From the IMG/VR virus record IMGVR_UViG_3300025769_000004: a stretch of 64,000 bases of DNA, one strand, 5' to 3'. Both the position numbers and the translations under genes were made by a program. The stretch is from an uncultured virus (IMG/VR IMGVR_UViG_3300025769_000004) (lineage: Duplodnaviria > Heunggongvirae > Uroviricota > Caudoviricetes > Crassvirales). This document shows positions 31,182 to 41,137 of the stretch, piece by piece; position 1 is the stretch's first letter, and each line of letters begins with the position of its first letter. Under the pieces are notes generated by a model that was given only the letters and a program-made list of their open reading frames with translations, ran no database searches and had not been told where the DNA came from.

Positions 31182-32967
31182 TTTCTAAGTTTATATCAGT
31201 TAAGTGTTGTAACATGTTAAGATATTCGCCTTCGGTTATATCTTCAAATGGAGCTTGTGTATAAGTTCCACCGTCATAAGGTAACACAGACAAACCATTA
31301 TAGTGTTTTCTGTTATCCCACATCCATTCTCCTGCGTCTTCCCATTCGTTCTCTTTTAAACTAACAGTAGCTGAAACATTGTGAGTGTTGCTACCTTTTC
31401 TATGACCAGGCGTAACCCATTCTTGAGCAACCTTTTTTATTCGTTCAAGTAATTGAAATGGTGATTCACTTCTCATAATAGAACCTTCAGGAGCTTTTTG
31501 TGGTATGCTAATAACAGCAGTGTCATGAGGTCTAAAGTATTCGTCTTCAACTAAAGCAGGGTGGTTTTCAGCTAGGTATTTGTATATACTTTCGTTTTTA
31601 CCAACCCTAACTCTACGGATATAATAATCGTTATGCCAAGCGTGAATACCAGATGATGTTCCTAATGCCAGAGACGTCGTCCCAGCAGGCTTCACTGTTG
31701 TACATCGCGCTGCAGAATTAATTCCAATCACTTTCGCGACTCTTGCGTTTTCTCGTTTTACTAATTGAGCGGCTTTCTTCATGTCGTATCCTAACACCGT
31801 GCCAGATCCTATCCCCGTCATCGACACTCCTATTAAGGCGTCTTTTTCTGTTGTTTCTTTCCATACGTCTCTTAAATAGTGAAAGTCCGTATATCCAGCT
31901 TGTAGTGTTCCTATAAACGCAGCTGCTTTCACTCTGTTATTTAAATCTTCTTGTGATTCAATATCACTAGCATTTACTTCACATAAATTACAAAACTGGT
32001 ATGGTCGTAAAGCTATTTCGCAACAAGGGTTTGTACCCCAGTCTTTGTCATTATTCAAGTATATACCAGGTTCACCTGCTCCTGATAGTTCTACACGTTT
32101 CCATAAATCCATAAAAAACTCTTTAGTTATTTTATGTCTCATAAGAACGGCAGAGTTGTTAGCTCTACCTCTTTGTGGGTTTGTTTCCCACCAGTTTCCA
32201 GACTTGCAGGAGATCATCTCCTCGTCGTCCGCTGAGAACAGACTTATCAAAGCTGCTCGACGTATTCCACCAGCTAAGACGGCGTCTGCAATATGGCAAA
32301 CTATATCGTGTACTTCTATAGTGGAGAGCGTATCGCCATCCTCTTTTGAGTCTAAAACTCCTGTTATTTTTACTATACATTCTTTAAGTGGTTGAGGTCC
32401 GGGTGCTTTACCACCAGACGTTACTAACATTGCACCCTTAGGGCGTATATCAGAGTAGTCAAACTCTACACGTGAACTTCTTTTGTCACCAAGATATGAT
32501 TTCATTAGTACTTTAATAGCGTCAGCCCAACCCTCGATTGAATCACCTATTAAAAATCTTCTAGTTCTTTTACTATAAGGCTTGTTAACTGGTTCTAGCT
32601 TTTTAACATGGTGATCTTGAACAGAGTATCCAACTCCGGTTCCACCAAGTAATAAAAACATAACCTCATTAAACGATTCAATATGATCGATAGGTAGATA
32701 AGCGCAATTATACACACGATTAGGTGATATTTCAATCGGCTTACCTCCGAACTGAAGCGATCGCATAGATGGTAAAATCTTTTTTTCATAAACCAATTTA
32801 TATGTTGTTTTAATGTCGTCTGTGAGCTCAGGATATTTTTTGATATGCATATTCATATTACGTGTTACTAATTCGTCCCACGTCTCCCTACGGTTTAATT
32901 CAGGGATGTATTTTGCATATTTCATATATACTGTAACATCAGATAATATTTTATTTGATAATTCCAT
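31105..32967 (-). CDS. nrdJ: Class II (B12-dependent) ribonucleotide reductase
   Basis: NCAY, TNPCCEI active-site loop, TTVKPAGT, C-terminal CAGGSC redox pair; no small-subunit gene nearby. Confidence 0.9.
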   Translation of the reverse strand: MELSNKILSDVTVYMKYAKYIPELNRRETWDELVTRNMNMHIKKYPELTDDIKTTYKLVYEKKILPSMRSLQFGGKPIEISPNRVYNCAYLPIDHIESFNEVMFLLLGGTGVGYSVQDHHVKKLEPVNKPYSKRTRRFLIGDSIEGWADAIKVLMKSYLGDKRSSRVEFDYSDIRPKGAMLVTSGGKAPGPQPLKECIVKITGVLDSKEDGDTLSTIEVHDIVCHIADAVLAGGIRRAALISLFSADDEEMISCKSGNWWETNPQRGRANNSAVLMRHKITKEFFMDLWKRVELSGAGEPGIYLNNDKDWGTNPCCEIALRPYQFCNLCEVNASDIESQEDLNNRVKAAAFIGTLQAGYTDFHYLRDVWKETTEKDALIGVSMTGIGSGTVLGYDMKKAAQLVKRENARVAKVIGINSAARCTTVKPAGTTSLALGTSSGIHAWHNDYYIRRVRVGKNESIYKYLAENHPALVEDEYFRPHDTAVISIPQKAPEGSIMRSESPFQLLERIKKVAQEWVTPGHRKGSNTHNVSATVSLKENEWEDAGEWMWDNRKHYNGLSVLPYDGGTYTQAPFEDITEGEYLNMLQHLTDINLENVIETEDNTDLSGELACAGGSCEIT

Positions 32968-32976
32968 GTATAATTT

Positions 32977-33195
32977 TTAATCGTTAACTTCTAATTTATT
33001 ATTTTCTTCTTTCTTTTCAATTATACTAGATTTAAGTTTTTCTATAGCATCGTCATAACCAGGTAGAAGCTTAACTGTTTCTAATGTTCCTATAGATAAT
33101 TCTTTTAAATGATTTATTTCATTTATCATATGTTGTAAAACCCTTCCCATGGATTCTATTTTATTTTTCATTTCTAATAAAGTATTTTCTTTCAT
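32977..33195 (-). CDS. Hypothetical coiled-coil protein
   Basis: 72-aa ORF in the operon. Confidence 0.55.
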   Translation of the reverse strand: MKENTLLEMKNKIESMGRVLQHMINEINHLKELSIGTLETVKLLPGYDDAIEKLKSSIIEKKEENNKLEVND

Positions 33196-33334
33196 ATTCT
33201 TCTAATTCTTTATATTTTAAATATCCTTTTGTTTCTATACTCCAGTTTATAAACTTCTGCAGCTTTCTTTCTGCGTATTTACGTCTGGCTAGGTCTTTCT
33301 TTTCCCAAGTATTAGGCTCACGGTTTCGTCGCAT
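33161..33334 (-). CDS. Small hypothetical protein (not in ORF track)
   Basis: 57-aa ORF MRRNREPNTWEKKDLARRKYAERKLQKF... bridging the gap between its neighbours. Confidence 0.4.
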   Translation of the reverse strand: MRRNREPNTWEKKDLARRKYAERKLQKFINWSIETKGYLKYKELEEYERKYFIRNEK

Positions 33335-33741
33335 TCTTTTTGATTTTGTGGTTTATATAGAGTAACGCCACGAAGTCGTTCGCTGACATATTTCTTAAAT
33401 AGTTTCCAGCGTATAGGAAAAGATTCGTTTGCCCTTCCTTTACACTCAATGATAAATCCCCTTCCTGTAAAATCAGGTGTATAAGAGATCTTAAGTATTT
33501 TTTTGCCTCCGCGATTTTTATACTCGCCTTTTCCATTTCCTTGTCGCTCATAACATTCATTGTTAAAGTCAAATGAAGGGGTTAGTTCATACTTAACCCC
33601 TTCGTACTGTGCTTTTATTTTAGCATCCTTCAAAGCATTATACATATATGCTTCAAGACCTGACTTAAATTCTATACCATCTACAACTTTTTTCTTAGCT
33701 CTAACCGGACCACGCTTTTTACGACGCAATATCCGAGACAT
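33289..33741 (-). CDS. PD-(D/E)xK endonuclease, T7 endonuclease I/DUF1064-like
   Basis: DGIEFKSGLE, YTPDF and IIECKG motifs; start reassigned to MSRILRRKK to reduce overlap. Confidence 0.75.
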   Translation of the reverse strand: MSRILRRKKRGPVRAKKKVVDGIEFKSGLEAYMYNALKDAKIKAQYEGVKYELTPSFDFNNECYERQGNGKGEYKNRGGKKILKISYTPDFTGRGFIIECKGRANESFPIRWKLFKKYVSERLRGVTLYKPQNQKECDETVSLILGKRKT

Positions 33742-34006
33742 AATATGGTAAACCGTTAACACTATCGCCATAGACTTGGTCTTTAGCTTCAGATAACTCT
33801 TCACGAGCTGCCTGAATATATAATATTGCATCCATTAACTCTTCCTGTACATCATTAAGATATCCAGCTAAGTCTTTAACACCAGTCTTACGTTCGGTGT
33901 CTAATGTTTGTTTATACTTTTCAAAACCTACGTCTGAACGTTCTACGAATTTATCTACTACACGTTCAACTACTGGATCTCTAAATTTAATCTCTTTTTT
34001 TGTCAT
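33719..34006 (-). CDS. Small MazG-like all-alpha NTP pyrophosphatase-like protein
   Basis: GFEKY..TL and QEELMDAILY (EExxD) motifs. Confidence 0.5.
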   Translation of the reverse strand: MTKKEIKFRDPVVERVVDKFVERSDVGFEKYKQTLDTERKTGVKDLAGYLNDVQEELMDAILYIQAAREELSEAKDQVYGDSVNGLPYYVSDIAS

Positions 34007-34044
34007 AATAATATAATATTAAAATATAAGTTATTGCTACTAAA

Positions 34045-34893
34045 TTAGCTATTAGTATTCCCAGAGTTGTCATCTTTAACAAATGTTCCGTTAACCATTT
34101 TACCAGTTCTCTTTCTAATAACGTCGTACGCTGAGTCAATACAGTCTTCAATGTTTGTACCACCTAAATAAGCTAGGTTTGTAAGAACTACAACCATGTC
34201 TCCGATAGCATCTACAAATTCTGGCTTATCATCTTTTAATATAGCTCTAGCTAATTCTCCAGATTCTTCCATAAGCTTAGCGAACTGTGTTTTAGTATCA
34301 CCTTTGTCGTATAGATTTCTATCTTTCGCCCATTGTCTTATCAATTCAAACCTGTTATCTGTCTGAATATATGGTGAGCCATTAGTAGAGTTTGATCTAT
34401 TTGTAAGCTGTTCGTAAAATAACTTAGCTTCTGACTTAGCTTCGTTAAGAAATTCTTCATAAAAAGCTTTGTTATATATATATGATCTATCTTTATTAAA
34501 CATAGATGTCTTAGCATGTTTCATTATCCATTCCACAGTGTCTTTTGTAACTTCAAATTTACCGTGCATGGTTTCCCATGTTAAGCCTAATGAATCCATT
34601 AATCTGCCTTTTAGTTTGTTTAATGGTACTGGAAATGTACTGGTTTGTTCGGTTGCGTTTACTCTCATTTTAAATAATTGTTTATAAGGTTTAAGGTCGA
34701 CTCGATAGCCGTAAGACTTTTGAAGTTCTAACTCGCGGCTTGATATGTAATCGATATCTGTGCTTTGATCTAGAACTTCTATTTCGTCTAAGGTATATCC
34801 CTGTTGTGTTGTAACTCTATCTATAAGATTACGTGTAACACCAATCTTTTTACCCGGGATGTGGTATAAAAAGTATGTTATTTCTTTATCCAT
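34045..34893 (-). CDS. GIY-YIG-like domain fused to a MazG-like NTP pyrophosphatase
   Basis: N-terminal YFLY...KIGVTRNLIDR...E; C-terminal KLMEESGELA...DAIGDMVVVL. Confidence 0.65.
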   Translation of the reverse strand: MDKEITYFLYHIPGKKIGVTRNLIDRVTTQQGYTLDEIEVLDQSTDIDYISSRELELQKSYGYRVDLKPYKQLFKMRVNATEQTSTFPVPLNKLKGRLMDSLGLTWETMHGKFEVTKDTVEWIMKHAKTSMFNKDRSYIYNKAFYEEFLNEAKSEAKLFYEQLTNRSNSTNGSPYIQTDNRFELIRQWAKDRNLYDKGDTKTQFAKLMEESGELARAILKDDKPEFVDAIGDMVVVLTNLAYLGGTNIEDCIDSAYDVIRKRTGKMVNGTFVKDDNSGNTNS

Positions 34894-35599
34894 AAATGTC
34901 GTGTTTTCTTTGTAACAGATTATCAGGCTTTTGCGATAAAAACTTTCCTAAATCTTTTTCATACAAATGTAGGTTGTGTGCAAAATGGAAGTAAGATCCT
35001 AATTCATAATCTGTCTCCTCTGAGACCATTTGCTGTAGTCTTGCGAAACAATACTGATCATTGCAGAAACCGTACCAGAGATCATTAGATCGCATCGTCA
35101 CGCACATATTCAGTTTATCGTTTACAACTGTAAACTGTATTGCATAAGTACAAGGTGTATCATATTTATATTGATCCATTTCTTTGCCATCATATATAGA
35201 TATAGTAGCTTGCCTAGTGTCTGGGTTACGTCTTAGCATTTTAATAACTTTGTCTAATTGACCACGTCTTTCCCATTGAGCTCCATAGTTAGAATTAACC
35301 TGACCAAGCTCATTAGCCATCTTAGTCCATATCTTAGGCACTTTACCGTATATATCTCCTAGCTTACTAACGTTAGGATCACCTGTTAAATACCATTGAA
35401 ACTCTGCTGACGCATAGTCTTTTTTCCAGTTACGCCATGACTCTTTAATATCAACTTCATCTGGTTTTTCCATTTCAAAGCCTATATTAAACAAAGCTTT
35501 TGTACCTGCAAAGTCTTGGCCGTAATGCTCTATACACTGATACCAATATTGAAAAGCTTCATTAGCGTTTCTAAATTTATTTGCGAATGTTTTTATCAT
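34886..35599 (-). CDS. Thymidylate-synthase-fold enzyme, dCMP hydroxymethylase (T4 gp42)-like
   Basis: PKIW, VNSNYG, NPDTRQ, catalytic PCT, MRSNDLWYGFCND, LHLY; start taken at MIKTF. Confidence 0.8.
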   Translation of the reverse strand: MIKTFANKFRNANEAFQYWYQCIEHYGQDFAGTKALFNIGFEMEKPDEVDIKESWRNWKKDYASAEFQWYLTGDPNVSKLGDIYGKVPKIWTKMANELGQVNSNYGAQWERRGQLDKVIKMLRRNPDTRQATISIYDGKEMDQYKYDTPCTYAIQFTVVNDKLNMCVTMRSNDLWYGFCNDQYCFARLQQMVSEETDYELGSYFHFAHNLHLYEKDLGKFLSQKPDNLLQRKHDIYG

Positions 35600-35834
35600 A
35601 ATAAAATTTATATAATTCCATAACTTTAGGCCATAATTCTGTTGGACCATAAGTATTTGGACTTAATTGTTTTCTTCCGTTTACATTTACCTCTATCCAA
35701 CAGGTCTTGTTCCCAAAACCTTTACCGCAAGGCACGGAGTATATTTTCACACCATGTTTTATACACCATTGGTATGCTTCAGTGTTTGCTTTATCCCATA
35801 AAGGTGGTTTCCAATCAACCTTTTTAGGTACCAT
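35577..35834 (-). CDS. Hypothetical protein
   Basis: 85-aa ORF coupled to its neighbours. Confidence 0.55.
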   Translation of the reverse strand: MVPKKVDWKPPLWDKANTEAYQWCIKHGVKIYSVPCGKGFGNKTCWIEVNVNGRKQLSPNTYGPTELWPKVMELYKFYYDKNIRK

Positions 35835-36136
35835 TAATACTTAAGTTCAACCTCTATATCCCAGTCTTTCATTTTAGGATGCATTCTAGCTATTTTAATA
35901 ACATTGATGGCATAAGGGTTGTATTTGCTGTTCATTAATTCAAACGTGGCTTCATATACTAATTTACCTCCGTCGTATGATAATTCAATAGCTTTTAATT
36001 TAGCTACAACTTCATCTTCATATGTTACTGTTCTACCTACATAACTAAAGTTATCATTGTTATATTTTTCTAATACTTTAGAACTTACATTACAACTGGT
36101 AAACAATAACGCTGCTATTATATATTTTATTCCCAT
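35834..36136 (-). CDS. Putative lipoprotein
   Basis: MGIKYIIAALLFTSC signal peptide with lipobox; start reassigned. Confidence 0.55.
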   Translation of the reverse strand: MGIKYIIAALLFTSCNVSSKVLEKYNNDNFSYVGRTVTYEDEVVAKLKAIELSYDGGKLVYEATFELMNSKYNPYAINVIKIARMHPKMKDWDIEVELKY

Positions 36137-37839
36137 GGCATTTTTTCTTCTAGTTCTGGTTTTATTTCCGGTATGAAGCATCCTGAGCGTGGTTCCCACG
36201 TGAAATGTGCCTCAGCACCGTTTTCGCCAAGGTTCTGAAATTTACATTTAAGAACTTTAACTTTAGTTGTCTTAAGCTCATAATCACGATGTACAAGGAG
36301 ACCATGATAGCTAGCGTCGTACCATTCGCCGCCGCCTTTAATATTATACATAGTCGGTTCTTCAATTTTACCATCTTGTGTTTTATACATTTTAGTTGGA
36401 TGAGCTACTATAAATACTAGCACATCATATTTTTTAGCAAAGGTTTCAATCTTAGTTAAATATTCCATTGTATAACGGTTAACGTCCTCTGTTGTACAAT
36501 CAACGTCTCTAACCTTATTAAATGGATCAATAACAAGACATTTAATTCCTTTACGTTTAACAAGCTCAGCTCCTTTACGTAATACAGACTCGAGAGTGTA
36601 ACGTTCCATATCAATAAAGAAAAAGTTATCATTAACATGTTCAGCTACTTGATTCCATTTGTCTCCACCAATATCACCTTTGTTAGGCATATCACCCCAT
36701 ACTTTACGCATCAACTTGTGTGCGTGTAAATATGTAGGAGCATTTTCAGGTGAAGCAAACGCTGTCTTCCATTCGTATTCTTTGTTGTAACCTACAACCA
36801 TTTGATCTACAAAATCTGATTTACCTGAACTAGGTATACCTGTTACAGTAATAAATTGCTTAGTATATGTACTAAAAATTGAATCGAAATTATCAAGGCC
36901 AATAGTATGCCCACGTTTAAAACCGTTTCTAACAAAGTCTGTAATTTCATCTTCTATATCTCTAAATGTTGTAACGTTTTCTAACGGTACAGGTTTTGCA
37001 TTTGTAATACGTGACAATAGCTCCTTACTAGAGTGCTTAACTAAATACTCATTAGCATCTTTGCAATCATCAAACGTAGTTATATAACAAGTTTCAGCTC
37101 CAAGCCTACGTATTAATTCAGTCTGTAGGGCTTGTCCCGGCGCGTCTGAATCAACTGCAATAATTATCTTAGACATATCATCAAAATAATCAATACAGTT
37201 GTCTAGATAGTCTAGATTGTTTGTATTCAGCGTAGCTCCATTTGGAACTGATATTGCATTTGGTACACCTGCTTCGTGTAAAGCTAAAACATCCATTTCA
37301 CCTTCAACGATCACGCAGGTATCATGACCTACAATATTGTCTATATTATAAAATACTTTTTCAGCCCCTTTATAAAGCTTAAAGTTTTTTCTACCATCTC
37401 TGTATTTAACATTAGTAAGTTGTCCACCTACATAATAATTAAACTGTATAGTATTCTCGGCTTTGCCGGTTTGAGGCATATATTCTTTACCAACACTAAC
37501 TTTTAACTCATCTAGTGTATCCTTAGATATTCCTCTAGTCTTAAACCATTCTAACGTTTTGTCAACTACAAGATCAACCTTTTTAATTTCAGGCATAACA
37601 TAGTCACGTTCAGCTTTACCCTTACGTTTGTATGTGTGTAGTTGAAAACTGCTATCACAGTTATGGCAAGTACCGAGACCACGCTCCCAATCATAAGAAG
37701 CACATTTAGCTTTCTTATTCTCAGGTTTCCTAGAAGACGAACACAGGGGACAAGTCCCCTGCGCTTTACCTGCTTCTAAGCCGTGCTGATTAAAGTTTTC
37801 AATTTGAAAACCATTGATCTCTGTTTGTTCGACTTGCAT
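36127..37839 (-). CDS. Primase-helicase (T7 gp4/Twinkle-like)
   Basis: N-terminal CPLC...CHNC zinc finger, TOPRIM IVEGEMD and DSD, Walker A GIPSSGKS, LVIDP, IVAHP. Confidence 0.9.
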   Translation of the reverse strand: MQVEQTEINGFQIENFNQHGLEAGKAQGTCPLCSSSRKPENKKAKCASYDWERGLGTCHNCDSSFQLHTYKRKGKAERDYVMPEIKKVDLVVDKTLEWFKTRGISKDTLDELKVSVGKEYMPQTGKAENTIQFNYYVGGQLTNVKYRDGRKNFKLYKGAEKVFYNIDNIVGHDTCVIVEGEMDVLALHEAGVPNAISVPNGATLNTNNLDYLDNCIDYFDDMSKIIIAVDSDAPGQALQTELIRRLGAETCYITTFDDCKDANEYLVKHSSKELLSRITNAKPVPLENVTTFRDIEDEITDFVRNGFKRGHTIGLDNFDSIFSTYTKQFITVTGIPSSGKSDFVDQMVVGYNKEYEWKTAFASPENAPTYLHAHKLMRKVWGDMPNKGDIGGDKWNQVAEHVNDNFFFIDMERYTLESVLRKGAELVKRKGIKCLVIDPFNKVRDVDCTTEDVNRYTMEYLTKIETFAKKYDVLVFIVAHPTKMYKTQDGKIEEPTMYNIKGGGEWYDASYHGLLVHRDYELKTTKVKVLKCKFQNLGENGAEAHFTWEPRSGCFIPEIKPELEEKMPWE

Positions 37840-37848
37840 TTGATTTAA

Positions 37849-38166
37849 TTAAAATGGTAGATCGTCTTCTACTTTTGCTGGTTGTTTATTTTGTTGTGGA
37901 GCTTGACCGTTTGCTTCATATGGTATTTTATCAGGGAAAGTTCCGTTAGTCCAAACAACCTTAACATTACCTAGATATTGTTTAGGTGTTTTAGCTTCTC
38001 TTTCCTCTTTGGTTTGATCCATTGTTACTGGACCTTGATTACCGAATTGGTCAGGTTCGTCATTTACCGTAATTGTAATGGGCAAATACTTTCCTTTCTT
38101 ACCTTCGATTATTTTTGATTTGTCTATTGCATTTAAGTTAATGCTTGCTTTAATTATTCCTGCCAT
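37849..38166 (-). CDS. Putative single-stranded DNA-binding protein
   Basis: Beta-rich core, Q/P linker and acidic DDLPF tail; start at MAGIIK. Confidence 0.65.
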   Translation of the reverse strand: MAGIIKASINLNAIDKSKIIEGKKGKYLPITITVNDEPDQFGNQGPVTMDQTKEEREAKTPKQYLGNVKVVWTNGTFPDKIPYEANGQAPQQNKQPAKVEDDLPF

Positions 38167-38167
38167 A

Positions 38168-38899
38168 TTATAGGGTTTTATTGATAAAATATTGCGAAGA
38201 GTCAAACTCTTCTGTGTTATAAAATAAATCGTATACTTCTGATGCTTTCTCAACCTTCTCTTCACCAGTTTTATAAAAACTAGATGAACAATCGAATAAG
38301 CCTATTTGACTTGTATTTTTATCTATTGCTATAAATATAAACTCATAGCCAAATAACTTACTGTAAATGTATGCTTGAGAATCGTAATTGTATTTCTTAG
38401 CATTCCATTTAAAGTTGTCAAGATCAGACGTTGTTTTGAGATCTATTATTAATTTTTCGTTATGATTAACTATATCGGCTTTACCTTTCCACATTTGACC
38501 GTAGAGCTCGGTGATAGCAGGTACTTCATATTCGCCTTTTTCTTCTGCGATGAGGTCTCTGCAAACCTTGTTATTCATAAGTGTATTGACTAAAGCTTCT
38601 GTTCTGTCAACTTCGTGTTGTAACAAACACATTTCACCACCAGACATTTCTTTATATACCTTAGTGTTTCTGCTACTTGAATCAACAACTTTAAAATTCT
38701 TAATTTTGTTTGGTTCTAATATAGCAGTGTGAAAATAGCCTCCTACTAAGAAGTGGGCATTTGTCTTACTTGGTTCTTTTAGCGCCAATGGATTTTTAAG
38801 TAATGTAGATATATCTGAGTTACTTAAGTATTGTTTGCCAAAGTCTCCGTAATAATGCTCATCGATTCTAAGCTTGTCTATTATCTCGTCTTTTTTCAT
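38168..38899 (-). CDS. RecE/ExoVIII-like PD-(D/E)xK exonuclease (DUF3799-like)
   Basis: LSNS, G..FHTAILEP, KGKAD, IIDLKTT, YDSQAYIY. Confidence 0.8.
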   Translation of the reverse strand: MKKDEIIDKLRIDEHYYGDFGKQYLSNSDISTLLKNPLALKEPSKTNAHFLVGGYFHTAILEPNKIKNFKVVDSSSRNTKVYKEMSGGEMCLLQHEVDRTEALVNTLMNNKVCRDLIAEEKGEYEVPAITELYGQMWKGKADIVNHNEKLIIDLKTTSDLDNFKWNAKKYNYDSQAYIYSKLFGYEFIFIAIDKNTSQIGLFDCSSSFYKTGEEKVEKASEVYDLFYNTEEFDSSQYFINKTL

Positions 38900-39423
38900 A
38901 GTGTTAGCATTTCTTCATGCTTTTTTGTAACAACGTATTTAGCTTTGATAGCGTCTAGACTACCGCCTTTGTTAATGTATTCCTTGGCTTTAGCTAAAGA
39001 CTCATTGGTTAGTTTTTGTTTTGCGGCAGTTGCTTTGCCGTGTTGGTTGGTTGCATCTGAATCTTGAGTGTCATCAATCAAGAACAGATTACCAAGTGCA
39101 TACTTTTTACCATATGAACTTGCAGCGCCATATCTCTGTGGCATTTGCATACCCTTTTGATCAAGGTCAACGCCTACTACAGCTTTAGAGTTTATTGAAT
39201 CTTTACCATCAGATATTTTAGCAGTAACCTGCATAACTGGTGGGTCAAATGATACTAGCTCTTCATCTACTGTCACTGTAACGTTTAGCTCCTTTAAAAA
39301 GGGTTTTGTTGCTTCGAGAATGTCTTCGGCAGAACGGAAGTTGTACTTGCCGAAAGAGTTAAATCTTGATTTCTTTGATTTGAACTCAACTTGGATTTTT
39401 GATAATTTTTCGTTAATTGTCAT
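38896..39423 (-). CDS. ERF-family ssDNA annealing protein
   Basis: KYNFRSAEDI and GAASSYGKKYALGNLFLIDD.QDSD. Confidence 0.85.
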   Translation of the reverse strand: MTINEKLSKIQVEFKSKKSRFNSFGKYNFRSAEDILEATKPFLKELNVTVTVDEELVSFDPPVMQVTAKISDGKDSINSKAVVGVDLDQKGMQMPQRYGAASSYGKKYALGNLFLIDDTQDSDATNQHGKATAAKQKLTNESLAKAKEYINKGGSLDAIKAKYVVTKKHEEMLTL

Positions 39424-39466
39424 AGTTATATAATTACATATTATTTAATTGTTTTACATAGGTAAC

Positions 39467-40225
39467 CTACAGATAGTCAAGCACTTGCGAGTGATCTACA
39501 TTCTCTATAAGCTTATCGACTGCTTGTCTTTTTAGCTCTGAAACACGCACGTAAGCTGACACACCTTTTATGTTTAACTCTGCGGCTATTTGTTGAGCAG
39601 ATAGTTTCTCTTTTGTCAAACCATAGCTTCTATTTAAAACTAATAGTTCAACTGGATTAAGATGTTTCTCTAATAAACTCATAACGTAAGTGTTTAATAG
39701 TGTCTCATTGTAAGGGTCAGAGTTATCAGGTATTTGATATACCATATCTTCATCGTCGTAAGGTTTGTTGTCAATGCTTAAAAACATTGAGTTAAAAAAC
39801 ATAGCAACCATTTTTTTATCTTTACCGCCATCTTTTCTTATTTCATTTAGTTTATGCTCCGGTATACGCATTTGAGCTCTATTTTTATCTATTTCTCTAC
39901 GTATTCCACCTCTTATTCTTTTAGCGAAAAAAGATTTTAAAGATTTCAACACGTCTTCAGATTCTTTAAGCTTTTCTTTATCTATTTTATCAACAGCTTT
40001 AGTTAATTGTATACTACCTTCTTGTATTAAGTCCATTATAGACATAACACCTGAAGCTTCTTGCGCTGTTGAGAACTTTCTAGCTATATTTTCTACTAAT
40101 GGCAAAAATATTATTTTATATTCTTCACTAGTATAATCTATATAGTCTCTAATAGGTATTCTACCTACAGCAAGCTTAACGTCTTCTTTGTATCGTATAT
40201 AGTTTTTAATGTTATATTTTTTCAT
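39467..40225 (-). CDS. Sigma70-family RNA polymerase sigma factor
   Basis: Region 2 (LPLVENIARKF, DLIQEGSIQL.KAVDK) and region 4 HTH (SYGL...LSAQQIAAELNI...RVSELKRQAVDKL). Confidence 0.8.
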   Translation of the reverse strand: MKKYNIKNYIRYKEDVKLAVGRIPIRDYIDYTSEEYKIIFLPLVENIARKFSTAQEASGVMSIMDLIQEGSIQLTKAVDKIDKEKLKESEDVLKSLKSFFAKRIRGGIRREIDKNRAQMRIPEHKLNEIRKDGGKDKKMVAMFFNSMFLSIDNKPYDDEDMVYQIPDNSDPYNETLLNTYVMSLLEKHLNPVELLVLNRSYGLTKEKLSAQQIAAELNIKGVSAYVRVSELKRQAVDKLIENVDHSQVLDYL

Positions 40226-40832
40226 TTTCTATATTTAAAAGATCTTTTTCATGTTTTAGCTCTTTGCTCATATTTCTATGTATTGTTCTACTTGAACAGT
40301 TTAATAGTAAGGCTAACCTCGCTATTGTAATTTTATTACCGTCATCGTTTAATGCTATCATGCATTGATAAATTGATTCTTCATTTATTACACTTTTTCT
40401 TCCTATTAATCTACCTACAATTTTAAGTTTTTCAACTTTAGATAATCCTGTACCATCTTTAAATACTACTTTACGTAGCTTATTTTTAGGTGGACGTTCT
40501 AGATCTTGCATGTATATGCTATTTATAACACTATTAAGTATTAAATTAGATACACTAAATGTAGTAAAACCGTTAGGTTTATGTGTTATTACTGTAGCTA
40601 GTTCATCGAATTTAGTTTTATCCATACTAGGATTAAGCCACCATAGTGTTAATAAATGCCATTTTAAAGATCTTATTGTAGTTATCTTTGCAGGCGAATT
40701 AAACAAACTATAATACCCATGTGTACCGTCAGCATAGTACCAACCCCACTTATATTCTTGTGTTGGTTGATCTTCTGAATACTTACGATATATGATGCGA
40801 TTATCATTTAGGTATTTCATATTACGTGACAT
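40212..40832 (-). CDS. DNA-binding protein with C-terminal HTH (possible replication initiator/regulator)
   Basis: C-terminal KITIARLALLLNCSSRTIHRNM; likely start MSRNM at 40832 (track start 40880). Confidence 0.6.
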   Translation of the reverse strand: MSRNMKYLNDNRIIYRKYSEDQPTQEYKWGWYYADGTHGYYSLFNSPAKITTIRSLKWHLLTLWWLNPSMDKTKFDELATVITHKPNGFTTFSVSNLILNSVINSIYMQDLERPPKNKLRKVVFKDGTGLSKVEKLKIVGRLIGRKSVINEESIYQCMIALNDDGNKITIARLALLLNCSSRTIHRNMSKELKHEKDLLNIENEKI

Positions 40833-40867
40833 TAGCCTATTACTATTTATTTTTAGGGCATATGTCA
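40827..40867. promoter_or_regulatory. Palindromic site, copy 1
   Basis: TGACATTAGCCTATTACTATT...GGGCATATGTCA overlapping the HTH gene start. Confidence 0.55.
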
Positions 40868-40939
40868 TACAATGTTTCATATATCATGTCCCATGTTTCT
40901 TCTGAATAATGATTTTGTATGATTTCTTGGAAATCTCTT

Positions 40940-41137
40940 TTACTTTGTCCCATTTCTTATTATTTTTAAATAGTTATTATATTTTTTATATAATTGTCTA
41001 GTAACGTTATCAACGTCACCGTATAATACTGCTTGTTTACATATCTTATTTCTTAAATGCATACACCTAGTTTCAACATATTGTATATGCTTTTTATATT
41101 TAAGATATTTAACTAATTCGTCTCTGTATCGTCTCAT
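40940..41137 (-). CDS. Small basic hypothetical protein
   Basis: 65-aa ORF. Confidence 0.5.
   Translation of the reverse strand: MRRYRDELVKYLKYKKHIQYVETRCMHLRNKICKQAVLYGDVDNVTRQLYKKYNNYLKIIRNGTK

Noticed and set aside
34886..35599. Gene symbol thyA
   Set aside because: The specificity residue is Asp rather than Asn and flanking motifs fit dCMP hydroxymethylases.
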